Assembly (NCBI GenBank): GCA_963790305.1
Contig: CAWBOC010000013.1
Location: forward strand, 32,001 to 96,000
DNA from: an uncultured Gemmatimonadaceae bacterium
GTDB taxonomy: Bacteria; Gemmatimonadota; Gemmatimonadetes; Gemmatimonadales; Gemmatimonadaceae
Direction: 5' to 3'
DNA: 64,000 nt
In this document: piece by piece, positions 20,906 to 34,331 of the stretch
Numbering within the stretch: position 1 is the stretch's first letter
Layout: the number at the start of each line of letters is the position of its first letter
Notes under the pieces: model-generated
Told to the model about the DNA's origin: nothing
Seen by the model: the letters and a program-made list of their open reading frames with translations, nothing else
Databases searched by the model: none
Position numbers and translations under genes: made by a program

Positions 20906-21067
20906 GTATGCGAGGGCTATGCGGGCGCTGGCGTTACCTCAAAGTAACCACGCCTTCATGAATTCTTAATGTTCGCAATGTTCCTGTTGTAATCTTCGGC
21001 CCGTAGCATTACAACCGCACGGCAATTGCGTTGAGCCACGCTCACCCACAGACCGGGCCAGGTTGGC

Positions 21068-21775
21068 ATGTTCAACGAGCTGATCGAGTCGAAGCCCAAG
21101 AAGCAAAAGAGTACCGGCGGCACCGTCTTCAGCGTCGTCCTGCACGCGGTCCTTGGCGGCCTTCTGATTTACGCCACGGCGAATGCTGGGCAGCAGCTGA
21201 CGAAGGAAAAGACGGAAGAGGTGAAGTTCGTCGAAGTGCCCAAGGACGAACCGCCTCCGCCCGAGAAAGCGCCTCCGCCACCGGACATCGTCGCCGCTCC
21301 GCCTCCACCCAAGGGATTCCAGGTGCTCACCGCACCCATCGAGATCCCTGACAAGATCCCCGACGTCGACCTCACGAAGGCCGTGACCAACGAGGACGAC
21401 TTTACGGGCAAGGGTGTCGCTGGCGGTACGGGCAAGGGTGTCGAGGGCGGCACGGGTCCGGTCAATCCGGATCAGGCGTACTTCGAGTTCCAGGTCGAGA
21501 AGCCGGCGCTGGCGGTTCCTGGCAATCCCAGTCCGCGCTATCCCGACGTGCTTCGCGAGAGCAACGTCGAGGGCGAAGTACTCGCGCAGTTCGTCGTCGA
21601 CCAGGAAGGGCGCGCCGACATGAAGACCTTCAAAGTGCTCAAGTCGTCGCACGACCTCTTTACGGCGTCGGTGAGAGCAGTCCTTCCATTGATGAAGTTC
21701 TACGCCGCCGAAGTCGGTGGTCGAAAGGTGAAACAGCTCGTGCAGCTGCCGTTCGCGTTCAAGCTGAACAAGTAG
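21068..21775 (+). CDS. tonB: Energy transducer TonB
   Basis: TM helix SVVLH, Pro-rich linker, PRYP..VEGEVLAQFVVD C-terminal domain. Confidence 0.88.
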   Translation: MFNELIESKPKKQKSTGGTVFSVVLHAVLGGLLIYATANAGQQLTKEKTEEVKFVEVPKDEPPPPEKAPPPPDIVAAPPPPKGFQVLTAPIEIPDKIPDVDLTKAVTNEDDFTGKGVAGGTGKGVEGGTGPVNPDQAYFEFQVEKPALAVPGNPSPRYPDVLRESNVEGEVLAQFVVDQEGRADMKTFKVLKSSHDLFTASVRAVLPLMKFYAAEVGGRKVKQLVQLPFAFKLNK

Positions 21776-21803
21776 CTCCCCCCACCCTACTGGAGTTCTG
21801 CAT

Positions 21804-22547
21804 ATGAATGTCGATCTGATCGAGCTATATGGGCACATGGGCTGGTTCGCCAAGGGCATCGTGTTCGTGATGCTTGGCATGTCCATTTGGTCGCTCACCG
21901 TCATGATCCAGAAGTGGTGGGCCTTGCGGAAGGCGCAAGCCGAGACCCGCAAGTTCGCTCCTGAGTTCTCGCAGTTCCTCGAGGAGGACAACCTCACCGA
22001 GGCGATCAAGCTGGCCGAGAGCTACAAGAAGTCGCACGTCGCCCGTGTGCTCGGTGGCGCGTTAGGCGAGGTTCGGCCCCTCATCCAGGATGGCTCGGTC
22101 ACCGTGGCCGACATCAACTCGGCGGAGCGCGCGGTCGAGCGGAACATGATGATCATCCTCGCCGAGCTGAAGCGCGGGCTCGGTATTCTCGCCACGGTGG
22201 GCGCGACGGCGCCGTTCGTCGGCCTCCTCGGTACGACGATGGGTATCGTCAACTCCTTCCAGGGTATGGCGACCGCGGGGACGGCGGGTCTCGGCGCGAT
22301 CTCGGCCGGTATCGCCGAGGCGCTCATCACGACCGCGCTTGGACTCCTGGTCGCCATTCCCGCGGTGTGGGCGTACAACTACTTCACGACGAAGATCGAG
22401 AATCTCACGGTCGAGATGACGTACACCTCGAAGGAGATGATCGATTACCTGATCAAGGGCGTCGCCGGCGAGTTCGGCCGCTCCCGCTTCACGCGCGAGT
22501 TCAACACGTCGACGGCCACGGGCGGCAACCAGCCGATCACGGGCTGA
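21804..22547 (+). CDS. exbB: MotA/TolQ/ExbB proton channel
   Basis: APFVGLLGTTMGI, GIAEALITTALGL. Confidence 0.9.
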   Translation: MNVDLIELYGHMGWFAKGIVFVMLGMSIWSLTVMIQKWWALRKAQAETRKFAPEFSQFLEEDNLTEAIKLAESYKKSHVARVLGGALGEVRPLIQDGSVTVADINSAERAVERNMMIILAELKRGLGILATVGATAPFVGLLGTTMGIVNSFQGMATAGTAGLGAISAGIAEALITTALGLLVAIPAVWAYNYFTTKIENLTVEMTYTSKEMIDYLIKGVAGEFGRSRFTREFNTSTATGGNQPITG

Positions 22548-22573
22548 CCTAACGACGAGCCAGGAGAGCCGTC

Positions 22574-23053
<480 letters not shown>

Positions 23054-23073
23054 CCCGCGTCGAGGAGCTTCCT

Positions 23074-23493
23074 ATGGGAATGGCAGTGGGGAACGAAGCG
23101 GGCGGCCTAACGAACGAGCCGAATGTCGTTCCAATGATCGACATTCTGCTGGTGCTGCTGATCATCTTCATGATCATCCAGCCGATGATGCGGAAGGCGA
23201 TCGACTTGCAGCTTCCGGATCCGACGCCTCAGGCGACCCCCTCGGTGGCGAATCCTGACCAGATCGTGCTCGAGATTGGTCCGAACATGGCGATGTTGAT
23301 CAACAAGGAGCCCGTGTCGAAGGACCGCCTCGGACCGCGGATGAAGGAGATTTACGATCCGCGTCCGTCGAAGGTGCTTTTCGTGAAGGCCGACGGCACC
23401 AACAAGTACCAGGACGTGATCTGGGCGATGGACGTCGCCCGCGGGGCGGGAGTGAAAGTGATCGGTGTGCCGCCCAAGGACGCGGGTACCTAG
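23074..23493 (+). CDS. exbD: ExbD/TolR biopolymer transporter, second copy
   Basis: PNVVPMIDILLVLLIIFMI. Confidence 0.9.
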   Translation: MGMAVGNEAGGLTNEPNVVPMIDILLVLLIIFMIIQPMMRKAIDLQLPDPTPQATPSVANPDQIVLEIGPNMAMLINKEPVSKDRLGPRMKEIYDPRPSKVLFVKADGTNKYQDVIWAMDVARGAGVKVIGVPPKDAGT

Positions 23494-23524
23494 CTCCACC
23501 AGGCACCCAATTCCGGGTCGGCAG

Positions 23525-23564
23525 CGGCGGACGAACCTATTCGGCTCGTCCGCCGTATTATTTT
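23525..23564 (+). terminator. Rho-independent terminator after the second exbD
   Basis: cggcggacga...tcgtccgccg stem followed by tattatttt. Confidence 0.7.
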
Positions 23565-23594
23565 CCGGGAGCGCAGCATCGAGTCGGAGTTGAG

Positions 23595-24440
23595 ATGACA
23601 GAGCATTACGACCACCTAAACGACAAGAGCAAAGGCAACGACGAGGCAGACCGCCCGCCGTACCGGCCGCCCGTCGGCATGCCGCTCCGAGGAGAAGGGC
23701 GGTGGGGCGCGCCCTTCTCGGTGGCTGTCCACGTGCTGCTGATTCTTCTGCTGGTCACTCCGTTTTTCGCGAGCACGCTGGTGCCTCAGCTCTTTCCTGG
23801 CGGAGGTGCCGGCCCAGCGGGTGGCGGCGGTGGGGGACGCGGAGGCGTAGGCGGATTCCGACCCGAGCCGATCACTCCCGAGCGCCTGCGCTACATGCGC
23901 ATCGCTCCCGAGCCGCCTCCCCCGGAGCCGGCGGCCGAGGAGACGACCGAGCCTCTCACCGTTCCGAAGGAAGAGACGCCGCCGCCGCAGCCCACGCCTT
24001 CCGCGGAGCAAGCGGCGGTCGAAGAAACCGCTCCTGCCGCGGCTCCGATTCCCGGCACCGGTGGCGGGACCGGAAATGACGGGACGAATGGCACCGGGCC
24101 CGGGACCGGTGGCGGCACTGGCTCGGGAGTCGGAACAGGCACCGGCTCTGCGAATGGCCCAGGTACCGGCGGCGGTGACGGCCGCGACTATCTGCCGACG
24201 CCCGATTTTCTGCCGCTGCCTCCTGAGCCACGTCCTGGCAAAGTGCGCGGGCGATCGATCGCCGTGATTTTCACCGTCAATGCACGTGGCGACATCGTCA
24301 GCCTCGACTTCGCCAGCACCGGTGATCGCGGCTACGACCGCAAATTCCGCGAGCGGCTGCGCGAAGCGAAATTCCGTCCTGCAGTTGGCCCCGACGGACA
24401 GCCGATGCCCGCGACCTTCCCAATAACGTTCCAGCTCTGA
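23595..24440 (+). CDS. TonB-like protein with Pro-rich and Gly-rich linkers
   Basis: SVAVH TM helix; GTG repeats; TonB_C-like end (FTVNARG..KFRPA). Confidence 0.7.
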   Translation: MTEHYDHLNDKSKGNDEADRPPYRPPVGMPLRGEGRWGAPFSVAVHVLLILLLVTPFFASTLVPQLFPGGGAGPAGGGGGGRGGVGGFRPEPITPERLRYMRIAPEPPPPEPAAEETTEPLTVPKEETPPPQPTPSAEQAAVEETAPAAAPIPGTGGGTGNDGTNGTGPGTGGGTGSGVGTGTGSANGPGTGGGDGRDYLPTPDFLPLPPEPRPGKVRGRSIAVIFTVNARGDIVSLDFASTGDRGYDRKFRERLREAKFRPAVGPDGQPMPATFPITFQL

Positions 24441-24588
24441 CGCACGGCGAGCCGTTTTCTCCTCGGTCCTCGTTCCTCGTTCGTCACTAGCCTTCCCATC
24501 CCGCCGACATTACCTTCTGTCGGCTTTGCCCGACCGCACGGCCTAACCCTCCGCGCCGCATTGTTTTGCCTACAGGATCGAGGAGCTC

Positions 24589-26101
24589 ATGACCAGCGTG
24601 GCCACCGACGACCGCGTGACCGAGTCGCAGTCAGGGTTCGTCAAGGCGATGAGCCTGACCGACGCGACGATGCTCGTCGCCGGGTCGATGATCGGCTCCG
24701 GCATTTTCATCGTCTCGGCCGACATCGCTCGCAGTGTCAACTCGCCGTTCTGGCTCATCATGGCGTGGGTGGTGACGGGCGTAATCACACTCCTCGGCGC
24801 GCTCGCCTACGGAGAGCTCGCGGCGATGTATCCCCGAGCCGGCGGGCAGTACGTGTTCCTGCGCGAGTCAATGGGTCCACTCATGGGATTTCTCTATGGG
24901 TGGACTCTTTTCATCGTCATCCAGACCGGTACCATTGCCGCTGTAGCCGTGGCGTTCGGACGGTTTCTCGGCGTGCTCTGGCCGGCGATCACACCTGATC
25001 GGTTCGGATGGTTCCCTCAAGGGGACATTCTGCGTCTCGTGGCTCGGGTGTCGTGACGCATCGACGCAAGCGATTCAGCTTGGCCTAACGCCGCAGCGGT
25101 TCATCGCGCTGCTCTCGGTGTGGGTGCTGACCTGGATCAACCTGCGCGGCGTGCGCGAGGGCAAGATCATACAGACGACCCTCACCCTCGTGAAAACCGG
25201 GGCGCTCGCGCTTCTCATCCTGCTCGGCCTCACGATTGGCCGGAACGCGTCGGCGATCGCGGCCAACTTTGGCGCCGGCCGCTTCATGGGCGACGTCGAC
25301 ATCACGGGCCTGTTCATCATCGCGTTCGGCACGGCGCTGGTCGGCTCGCTCTTCTCGAGCGATGCCTGGAACAACGTGACCTTCGCCGCCGCCGAGGTGA
25401 AGGACGCGAAGCGCAATTTGCCGAAGGCGCTCGCGATGGGAACGGGGCTCGTCACGCTGCTCTACATCATGGCGAACTTCGCGTACCTGAGCGTGCTCCC
25501 GCTGCAGGGCGATCCCAATGGTGCGGGCGTGCTCGAGCGCGGCATCCAGCACGCCACGCAGGACCGCGTAGGCACCGCCGCCGCCGAAGTGATCTTCGGA
25601 CCCGCCGGCGTCGTCATCATGGCGATCGCCATTCTGATCTCCACGTTCGGCTGCAACAACGGCTTGATCCTCGCCGGTGCGCGTGTGTATTGGGCCATGG
25701 CGCGCGACGGTGTGTTCTTCCGCCGTGCCGGGACGCTGAGCAAGCACCACGTGCCGTCTACCGCGCTCATCGTGCAGGCGATATGGACGACGCTCCTGTG
25801 CCTCACGGGCACGTATGGACAGCTGCTCAACTACGTTATCTTTGCCGCGCTCGTGTTCTACGTGCTGACGACCATCGGCTTGTTCGTTCTTCGGCGAACG
25901 AGACCGGACGCGGAGCGTCCGTATCGCGCGATCGGCTATCCGGTGCTGCCGGCGCTCTACATCGTGCTGGCCGCCTCCGTGGCGGTCATCCTGCTCATCG
26001 CCGAGCGAACGCGCACCGAGGCTGTCGGCGGCCTCGTTCTCGTGCTCATCGGTGTGCCCGTGTATTTCCTCTGGCGCAAGCTCGAGCGCGCGCCAGCGTA
26101 G
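24589..26101 (+). CDS. APC-family amino acid permease; +1 frameshift near 25028
   Basis: GSMIGSGIF, YGELAAMYPRAGGQY, SSDAWNNVTF, RPYRAIGYP; ORFs 24589..25056 and 25118..26101. Confidence 0.85.
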
Positions 26102-26130
26102 TCTCGCCATTCCCCAGGAGATTTTCCCCG

Positions 26131-28668
<2,538 letters not shown>

Positions 28669-28672
<4 letters not shown>

Positions 28673-30194
28673 GCGTGCGCTCGCTCTTCTGGCGGAAACC
28701 GATCGCCGAGCTGGTTCCGGAGGGCGAGGGCGCAAACACGCTCAAGCGTGCGCTTGGCGCGGGCGATCTCGTCATGCTGGCGATCGGCGCCGTCATCGGC
28801 GCGGGCATCTTCTCGTCGATCGGTACCGCGGCGGCGGGCGAGGTGCTTCCGACCGGAGAGGTCGTGCGGTACGGGGCGGGGCCGGCACTCGTCGTCTCGT
28901 TCATTCTGCTCGGCGCGGTCTGCGCGCCTCGCCGGCCTCTGTTACGCCGAGCTGGCATCCATGATTCCGCAGGCGGGCAGCGCGTACGCCTATTCGTACG
29001 CGACGCTCGGCGAGCTGATCGCGTGGATCATCGGGTGGGACCTCATCCTCGAGTACGCAGTTGGCAACATTGCCGTCGCGATCGCGTGGAGCGGGTACTT
29101 CAGCTCGTTCATCAGCGCCTTCGGGATCAACTTTCCTGACTGGCTGACCCACGGGTATCGGACGGCGCTGCTGAGCTCGGATCCGGCCGTCCACGGCCTG
29201 CTCGAGACCGCACCGCGCATCTTCGGGATTCCCGTGCTGTTGAACGTGCCGGCGTTCATGATCGTGATGTTGATCACCTGGCTCCTCTATATCGGGGTCA
29301 AGGAGAGCGTCCGCGCGAACAACATCATGGTGGTCATCAAGCTCCTGGTGCTGGGGGTGTTCATCGTCGTCGGGGCGATGAACATCGACACGGCGAACTA
29401 CACGCCTTTCGCGCCGAACGGGTGGCGAGGGATTCACCAGGGCGCGGCGATCGTCTTCTTCGCCTACATCGGGTTCGACGCGATCTCGACGGCGGCCGAG
29501 GAGACGAAGAATCCGCAGCGCAACATGCCGATCGGGATTCTCGCCGGCCTGGCGATTTGCACCTTGATCTACGTCATCGTTGGCATCGTCGCGACGGGAC
29601 TCGTGCCGTATCAGGAGCTGAAAGCGGCCGATCCGTTGGCCCGTGCCCTCGAGGTGGCAGGGCTCCCGATCGCGAGCTGGTTCGTGGCGTTCGGCGCTGT
29701 CGTCTCGTTGACGGCGGTGCTGCTCGTGTTTCAGTACGGCCAGCCTCGCATTCTTCTTCGCCATGGCGCGCGACGGCCTGTTGCCGAGGTTCGCATCGAA
29801 GATCCATCCAAAATACCGGACGCCGCACATCACCACGGTGATCACCGGCCTCGTGGTTGCGATCGGGAGTCTCGTCCTCGACGAGAACGAGATCTACGAC
29901 CTGACGAACATCGGGACGCTCTTCGCCTTCGCGATCGTGTGCGTGGGCGTGCTCGTGTTGCGCATCAAGGAGCCGGAGCGGCCGCGTCCGTTCCGCGTGC
30001 CCGGTCTGTGGGTGGTGTCCATCGTCGGCGCCGCCGCGTGCGTGTTCGTCATGAAGGGCCTTCCCGTGCGCGCGTGGGAGCGGTTCGGCCTCTGGATGAC
30101 GGCTGGCATCATCCTGTATTTCGCCTACGGGTATCGTCACTCGCTGCTCCGGCGTCGCGGAGCCTCACCCTCTGCAGACCGCACCGATGGCTGA
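28669..30194 (+). CDS. APC-family (cationic amino acid-like) permease; two +1 frameshifts near 28927 and 29751
   Basis: IGAVIGAGIF, CYAELASMIPQAGSAY, FFAYIGFDAISTAAEETKNP, MARDGLLP. Confidence 0.85.
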
Positions 30195-31572
30195 GCCGAT
30201 CGCGCATTCCGGAACTGGAATGAAGCTGCACACCAAGATCCTGTTGGGTCTGGTGGTCGGTGCCGTCGTCGGCATCGCGGCGAATCAGACGTTAGGTGGG
30301 AATCACGACGTCGTCATGTTCGTGAACAAGTACATCGCGACGCCCGTAGGGCAGATCTTTCTGCGGCTGCTGTTCATGATCGTGATTCCGCTCGTCTTCG
30401 CGTCCATCTCGCTGGGCGTGGCCGGGCTTGGCGATTTGCGCCGTGTCGGGCGGGTCGGCGGGAAGGCGATCGGGTACTTCCTGGTGTCAACCGCCCTCGC
30501 GGCGACGCTGGGATTGATCGCGGTGTCGATCGTTCGACCGGGTGAGCAGATGGACCGCGCGACGGCCGAGCAGTTGCGGGCCGAGTTCTCCTCCGATGCA
30601 TCGTCGCGAGTGGAGGCCGCTGCGTCCTCGGACTTCGGCGTGAACACGATCATTAACATGATCCCGCGGAACCCGGTGCGCGCTGCGGTCGACCTCGACA
30701 TGCTCGCGATCATCACCTTTGGGCTCATTTTCGGCGCAGCGCTAACGCTGATCACCGCCGAGCGCGCCAAGCCAATGCTGTCCTGGCTGGAGGCGTTGCA
30801 AGACGTCGTCATCAAGATCGTCGAAATGGCGATGCGCTTCGCGCCGTATGGGGTGGCGGCCCTCATCTTCGGCGTGACCTCGCGGTTTGGCTTCCATCTG
30901 TTGAAGCCGCTTGGTGCCTACGTGCTCGTCGTGCTCGGTGCACTGCTCGTGCACGTGCTGGTAAACATCTCGCTGATTTTACGCCTGATCGTGGGCGTCA
31001 ATCCGATCCTGTTCTTCCGTCGGATACGCGCCGCTCTCGTCACCGCGTTCAGCACGAGCTCCAGCAACGCCACCCTGCCGACAGCGCTTCACGTCGCCGA
31101 GCAGAATCTCGGCATTCCTCCGTCCATCGCCGGGTTTGTGTTGCCGCTCGGCAGCACGATGTGCATGAACGGGACGGCGCTGTTCGAGGGAATCACCGTC
31201 ATCTTCCTGGCGCAGGTGTTTGGAATCAATCTGGACCTTGGCCAGATGATCGTCGTGATGATCATGGCGGTGCTCACCGCGGTTGGGGCGGCCGGAGTAC
31301 CCGGCGGCTCGATCCCGCTCCTGGTGACCATCCTCGTGATGTTCGGAATACCCGCCGAGGGGATCGCGATCATCCTGGGCGTGGATCGCATCCTGGACAT
31401 GTCGCGGACGACGGTGAACGTGTGCGGAGACCTCAGCGCGACGGCGTTCGTCGCAAAGACCGAAGGCGTGTGGAACGCGTCGATGATTCCGTCGAATGAG
31501 GAGATGGCCATCCCTCACGTGCTCGACGACAGCCCGGGGTGGCCGCGGCCGGCGGACGCGCCGAAGCGGTAG
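30187..31572 (+). CDS. Dicarboxylate/amino acid:cation symporter (DAACS, GltP-like)
   Basis: TAFSTSSSNATLP, NGTALFE, GVDRILDMSRTTVNVCGD. Confidence 0.9.
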   Translation: MAEPIAHSGTGMKLHTKILLGLVVGAVVGIAANQTLGGNHDVVMFVNKYIATPVGQIFLRLLFMIVIPLVFASISLGVAGLGDLRRVGRVGGKAIGYFLVSTALAATLGLIAVSIVRPGEQMDRATAEQLRAEFSSDASSRVEAAASSDFGVNTIINMIPRNPVRAAVDLDMLAIITFGLIFGAALTLITAERAKPMLSWLEALQDVVIKIVEMAMRFAPYGVAALIFGVTSRFGFHLLKPLGAYVLVVLGALLVHVLVNISLILRLIVGVNPILFFRRIRAALVTAFSTSSSNATLPTALHVAEQNLGIPPSIAGFVLPLGSTMCMNGTALFEGITVIFLAQVFGINLDLGQMIVVMIMAVLTAVGAAGVPGGSIPLLVTILVMFGIPAEGIAIILGVDRILDMSRTTVNVCGDLSATAFVAKTEGVWNASMIPSNEEMAIPHVLDDSPGWPRPADAPKR

Positions 31573-31579
31573 CAACCTA

Positions 31580-31702
31580 GGGGTCAGGAGTCAGGAGTCG
31601 GGGATCAGGGGGTGTCAGGCAATAGGTGTGAGAGGAACGGCCCGCGCGCGACCCCGATCTCTCAACCCCTGAGCCCCCTGATCCCTGACCCACTCGACCC
31701 CC
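31580..31702. repeat. GTCAGGR heptamer palindrome upstream of the pnt genes
   Basis: gtcagga gtcagga gtcgggg atcaggg ... ccctgag ccccctgatc cctgacc; same unit as 10171..10289. Confidence 0.75.
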
Positions 31703-31719
31703 AGTTCCAGGGAGGCGAC

Positions 31720-32013
31720 ATGACCGCCACCGAGTACATCCAGCTGTACGTGTTCATGCTCGCCGGCGTCGTGGGATATCAGGTGATTTCCCGCGTCCCG
31801 CCGCTGCTCCACACGCCGCTCATGTCGGCGACGAACGCGATTTCCGGCATTTCCCTCGTCGGCTCGCTGGTGGCCGCAGGGTCTGACCACGGCACCATCA
31901 GCACTGTCCTCGGTGGAATCGCCGTCATGGCCGCGACGATCAACGTCGTCGGCGGCTTCATGATCACCGATCGCATGCTCAAGATGTTCAAGCGCGAGAC
32001 GCGGAAAGGCTGA
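31720..32013 (+). CDS. pntA: NAD(P) transhydrogenase subunit alpha part 2 (membrane part)
   Basis: GGAGG RBS then ATG 31720; VPPLLHTPLMSATNAISG, NVVGGFMITDRMLKMFK. Confidence 0.9.
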   Translation: MTATEYIQLYVFMLAGVVGYQVISRVPPLLHTPLMSATNAISGISLVGSLVAAGSDHGTISTVLGGIAVMAATINVVGGFMITDRMLKMFKRETRKG

Positions 32014-33395
32014 TGCGCGAGCATGTGACGCAGGCGGCGTATCTGGCCGCCTCGCTGCTCTTCATCCTCGGCCTCCGGAGCCTCAGCTCGCCGGCGAAAG
32101 CACGCCGTGGCATGCAGCAGGCGGCGCTCGGGATGCTGCTGGCCGTCATCGGGACGCTGGTCCAGCAGGAGATCGTGCGGTACGAGTGGATCGCGGGCGG
32201 ATTGATCGTGGGCTCGATCATCGGCGCCGCGATGGCGATCTACATGCCGATGACGGCGATGCCGCAGCGGATCGCGGTGTCGCACTCGTTAGGAGCCGTC
32301 GCGGCGACGCTCGTCGGCGTCATCGAGTACTATCGTCACAGCGCGGACGTCGGGCGCGGCAAGATGATCGCGCTCGGATTCGAGGTCCTGTTCGGCGCGT
32401 TGACGGTGACGGGGAGCCTCATGGCGTTCGGGAAGCTGCAAGAGGTACTCCCGACGCGACCGATCACGTACCGCTTTCAAAACTTCTTCAACCTTGCGCT
32501 GTTCGCGATCGCCATCGGGTTGTTCGGTTGGCTCATCTACGACGCGTCGAATCCCATCGTGTTCTACACGATGCTGACACTCGGCGCAGTGCTCGGCGTG
32601 CTCATGGTGCTCCCGATCGGCGGTGCGGACATGCCGGTCGTTCTGTCTCTGCTCAACTCATATGCGGGCCTCGCCTCCGCCGCGACGGGATTCGCACTCA
32701 ACAACAACGTGCTGATCATTGCCGGAGCGCTCGACGGGACCTCCGGATTCCTGCTCTCGATGCTCATGAGCAAGGCGATGAACCGGTCGTTCGCGAACGT
32801 GCTGTTCGGCGCGTTCGGCGCCGCGCCGGCGGGCGGCCCGACGGCCACCAGTGTCGCAGGCCTTACCGTGCGATCGCTGAGCCCCGAGGACGCAGCCGCG
32901 CAGATCGCGTATGCGCGCACGCTGATCGTCGTGCCGGGGTATGGGATGGCCGTCGCTCAGGCACAGCGGGAGGTGCGAGAGCTTGCCGACATCGTCACGA
33001 AGAAGGGCGGGGACGTGAAGTACGCCATTCATCCGGTCGCCGGCCGCATGCCCGGCCACATGAACGTACTGCTGGCGGAGGCGGACGTGCCGTACGAGCA
33101 GCTCTACGACATGGAGGCGATCAACGATCATTTCGAGCGCACCGACGTCGCGCTCGTCGTCGGGGCCAACGACGTCGTCAATCCCGCGGCACGCAGTGAC
33201 CGCGGAAGCCCGATCTATGGAATGCCGATCCTCAACGTGGATCGCGCGAAGAGTGTCATCGTTCTCAAGCGCAGCATGAACCCCGGCTTCGCCGGTATCG
33301 AGAACGAGCTCTTCTACAAACCCCAGACGGCCATGGTGTTCGGCGATGCGAGGACGACGCTCAAGCAGCTCGTCCAGGCGGCGAAGGATCTGTAG
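32013..33395 (+). CDS. pntB: NAD(P) transhydrogenase subunit beta
   Basis: PIGGADMPVV, PGYGMAVAQAQ, HPVAGRMPGHMNVLLAEA, GANDVVNPAA. Confidence 0.95.
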   Translation: MREHVTQAAYLAASLLFILGLRSLSSPAKARRGMQQAALGMLLAVIGTLVQQEIVRYEWIAGGLIVGSIIGAAMAIYMPMTAMPQRIAVSHSLGAVAATLVGVIEYYRHSADVGRGKMIALGFEVLFGALTVTGSLMAFGKLQEVLPTRPITYRFQNFFNLALFAIAIGLFGWLIYDASNPIVFYTMLTLGAVLGVLMVLPIGGADMPVVLSLLNSYAGLASAATGFALNNNVLIIAGALDGTSGFLLSMLMSKAMNRSFANVLFGAFGAAPAGGPTATSVAGLTVRSLSPEDAAAQIAYARTLIVVPGYGMAVAQAQREVRELADIVTKKGGDVKYAIHPVAGRMPGHMNVLLAEADVPYEQLYDMEAINDHFERTDVALVVGANDVVNPAARSDRGSPIYGMPILNVDRAKSVIVLKRSMNPGFAGIENELFYKPQTAMVFGDARTTLKQLVQAAKDL

Positions 33396-33401
33396 GCCTC
33401 C

Positions 33402-34331
33402 TCAGGCACCGACGCCGAGGTAGCGCAGGGCGCCGCGGACGGCGCCGCGCACCGGAACCACCTCCTCGGGGCGGAGCTGGGCACCGGGGACCGCGCTCTT
33501 CATGCGGTGCTCCACCCGCTTGCGAAGTGGCGCCCCCGGAGCGAGCAGGCCACCGGCGAAAGCGACCGGGACGCTGGCCCGCTCATCACCGAAAAGCTGG
33601 CGCGCCAACGTCCGGACGTGCAGCACGAGCTCTTCCGACGCCATGCTCAGGAGCGAGTTGGCGCGCAGGTCGCCCGCATCGGCAACGCTTGCGACTACAG
33701 GCGCGAGCGTCGCGAGATCCGCCGGCGTCGCCATCCCCGCCCAGGCTACGAGTCCGTGAACATCGTTCACCTGCGCCGCGGTGAGGATTGCGCCGACGAG
33801 CGCCGTGGTAGGCTCCCGCTCGTCCGACGATGCAGTGGCGATCGAGAGTGCCCGCCGGCCGATCCACGCGCCGCTCCCCTCGTCGCCGCACACCGGACCC
33901 CACCCGCCGCACCGTGACGTCGCGCCGGTTGGGCTCCGCCCAAAAGCGACGGAGCCCGTGCCTGCAATGAGCAGGATGCCGGCGCCGTCCCCGAATGCAT
34001 CGTCGAGCGCGATGGCCGCGTCAGCGTGCACCACGACCTCATCGGCCACGTCGCGCGACACGAGCGCCTGCCACAACGCCTGTCGCTCGGGCTCGCGGCC
34101 CACTCCCGCAACCCCAACGCAGAGCACCTTCGGTGTCACGTGCGTCATGTCGCACGACGCGAGAGCGTCGCGTGTCGTCGCGACGATCACCTCTGCCGAG
34201 CGATCGACATCGCCAGGTCGAACCGCGCTCCCCGGGCCTTCGGCGCTCCCCAGCTGGTGACCACGCTCGTCAGCGACCCAGATGCGCGTTCGGGTTCCCC
34301 CTCCGTCGACACCGACGACGACGGCGCTCAT
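33402..34331 (-). CDS. BadF/BadG/BcrA/BcrD-family GlcNAc/MurNAc kinase
   Basis: GVDGGGTRT, IAGTGSVAFG, GGWGPVCGDEGSG; start at ATG 34331. Confidence 0.85.
   Translation of the reverse strand: MSAVVVGVDGGGTRTRIWVADERGHQLGSAEGPGSAVRPGDVDRSAEVIVATTRDALASCDMTHVTPKVLCVGVAGVGREPERQALWQALVSRDVADEVVVHADAAIALDDAFGDGAGILLIAGTGSVAFGRSPTGATSRCGGWGPVCGDEGSGAWIGRRALSIATASSDEREPTTALVGAILTAAQVNDVHGLVAWAGMATPADLATLAPVVASVADAGDLRANSLLSMASEELVLHVRTLARQLFGDERASVPVAFAGGLLAPGAPLRKRVEHRMKSAVPGAQLRPEEVVPVRGAVRGALRYLGVGA

Noticed and set aside
24052..24180. GGCACCGG-type repeats as a DNA element
   Set aside because: Explained by the Gly/Thr-rich protein linker of the TonB-like gene.
24459..24484. TCCTCGT heptamer run after the TonB-like gene
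   Set aside because: About three units and no clear inverted arm; too weak to add to the palindrome family.
25054..25056. TGA in the APC permease as a second selenocysteine
   Set aside because: It is out of frame once the upstream +1 base is removed, and the downstream coding region is in another frame.
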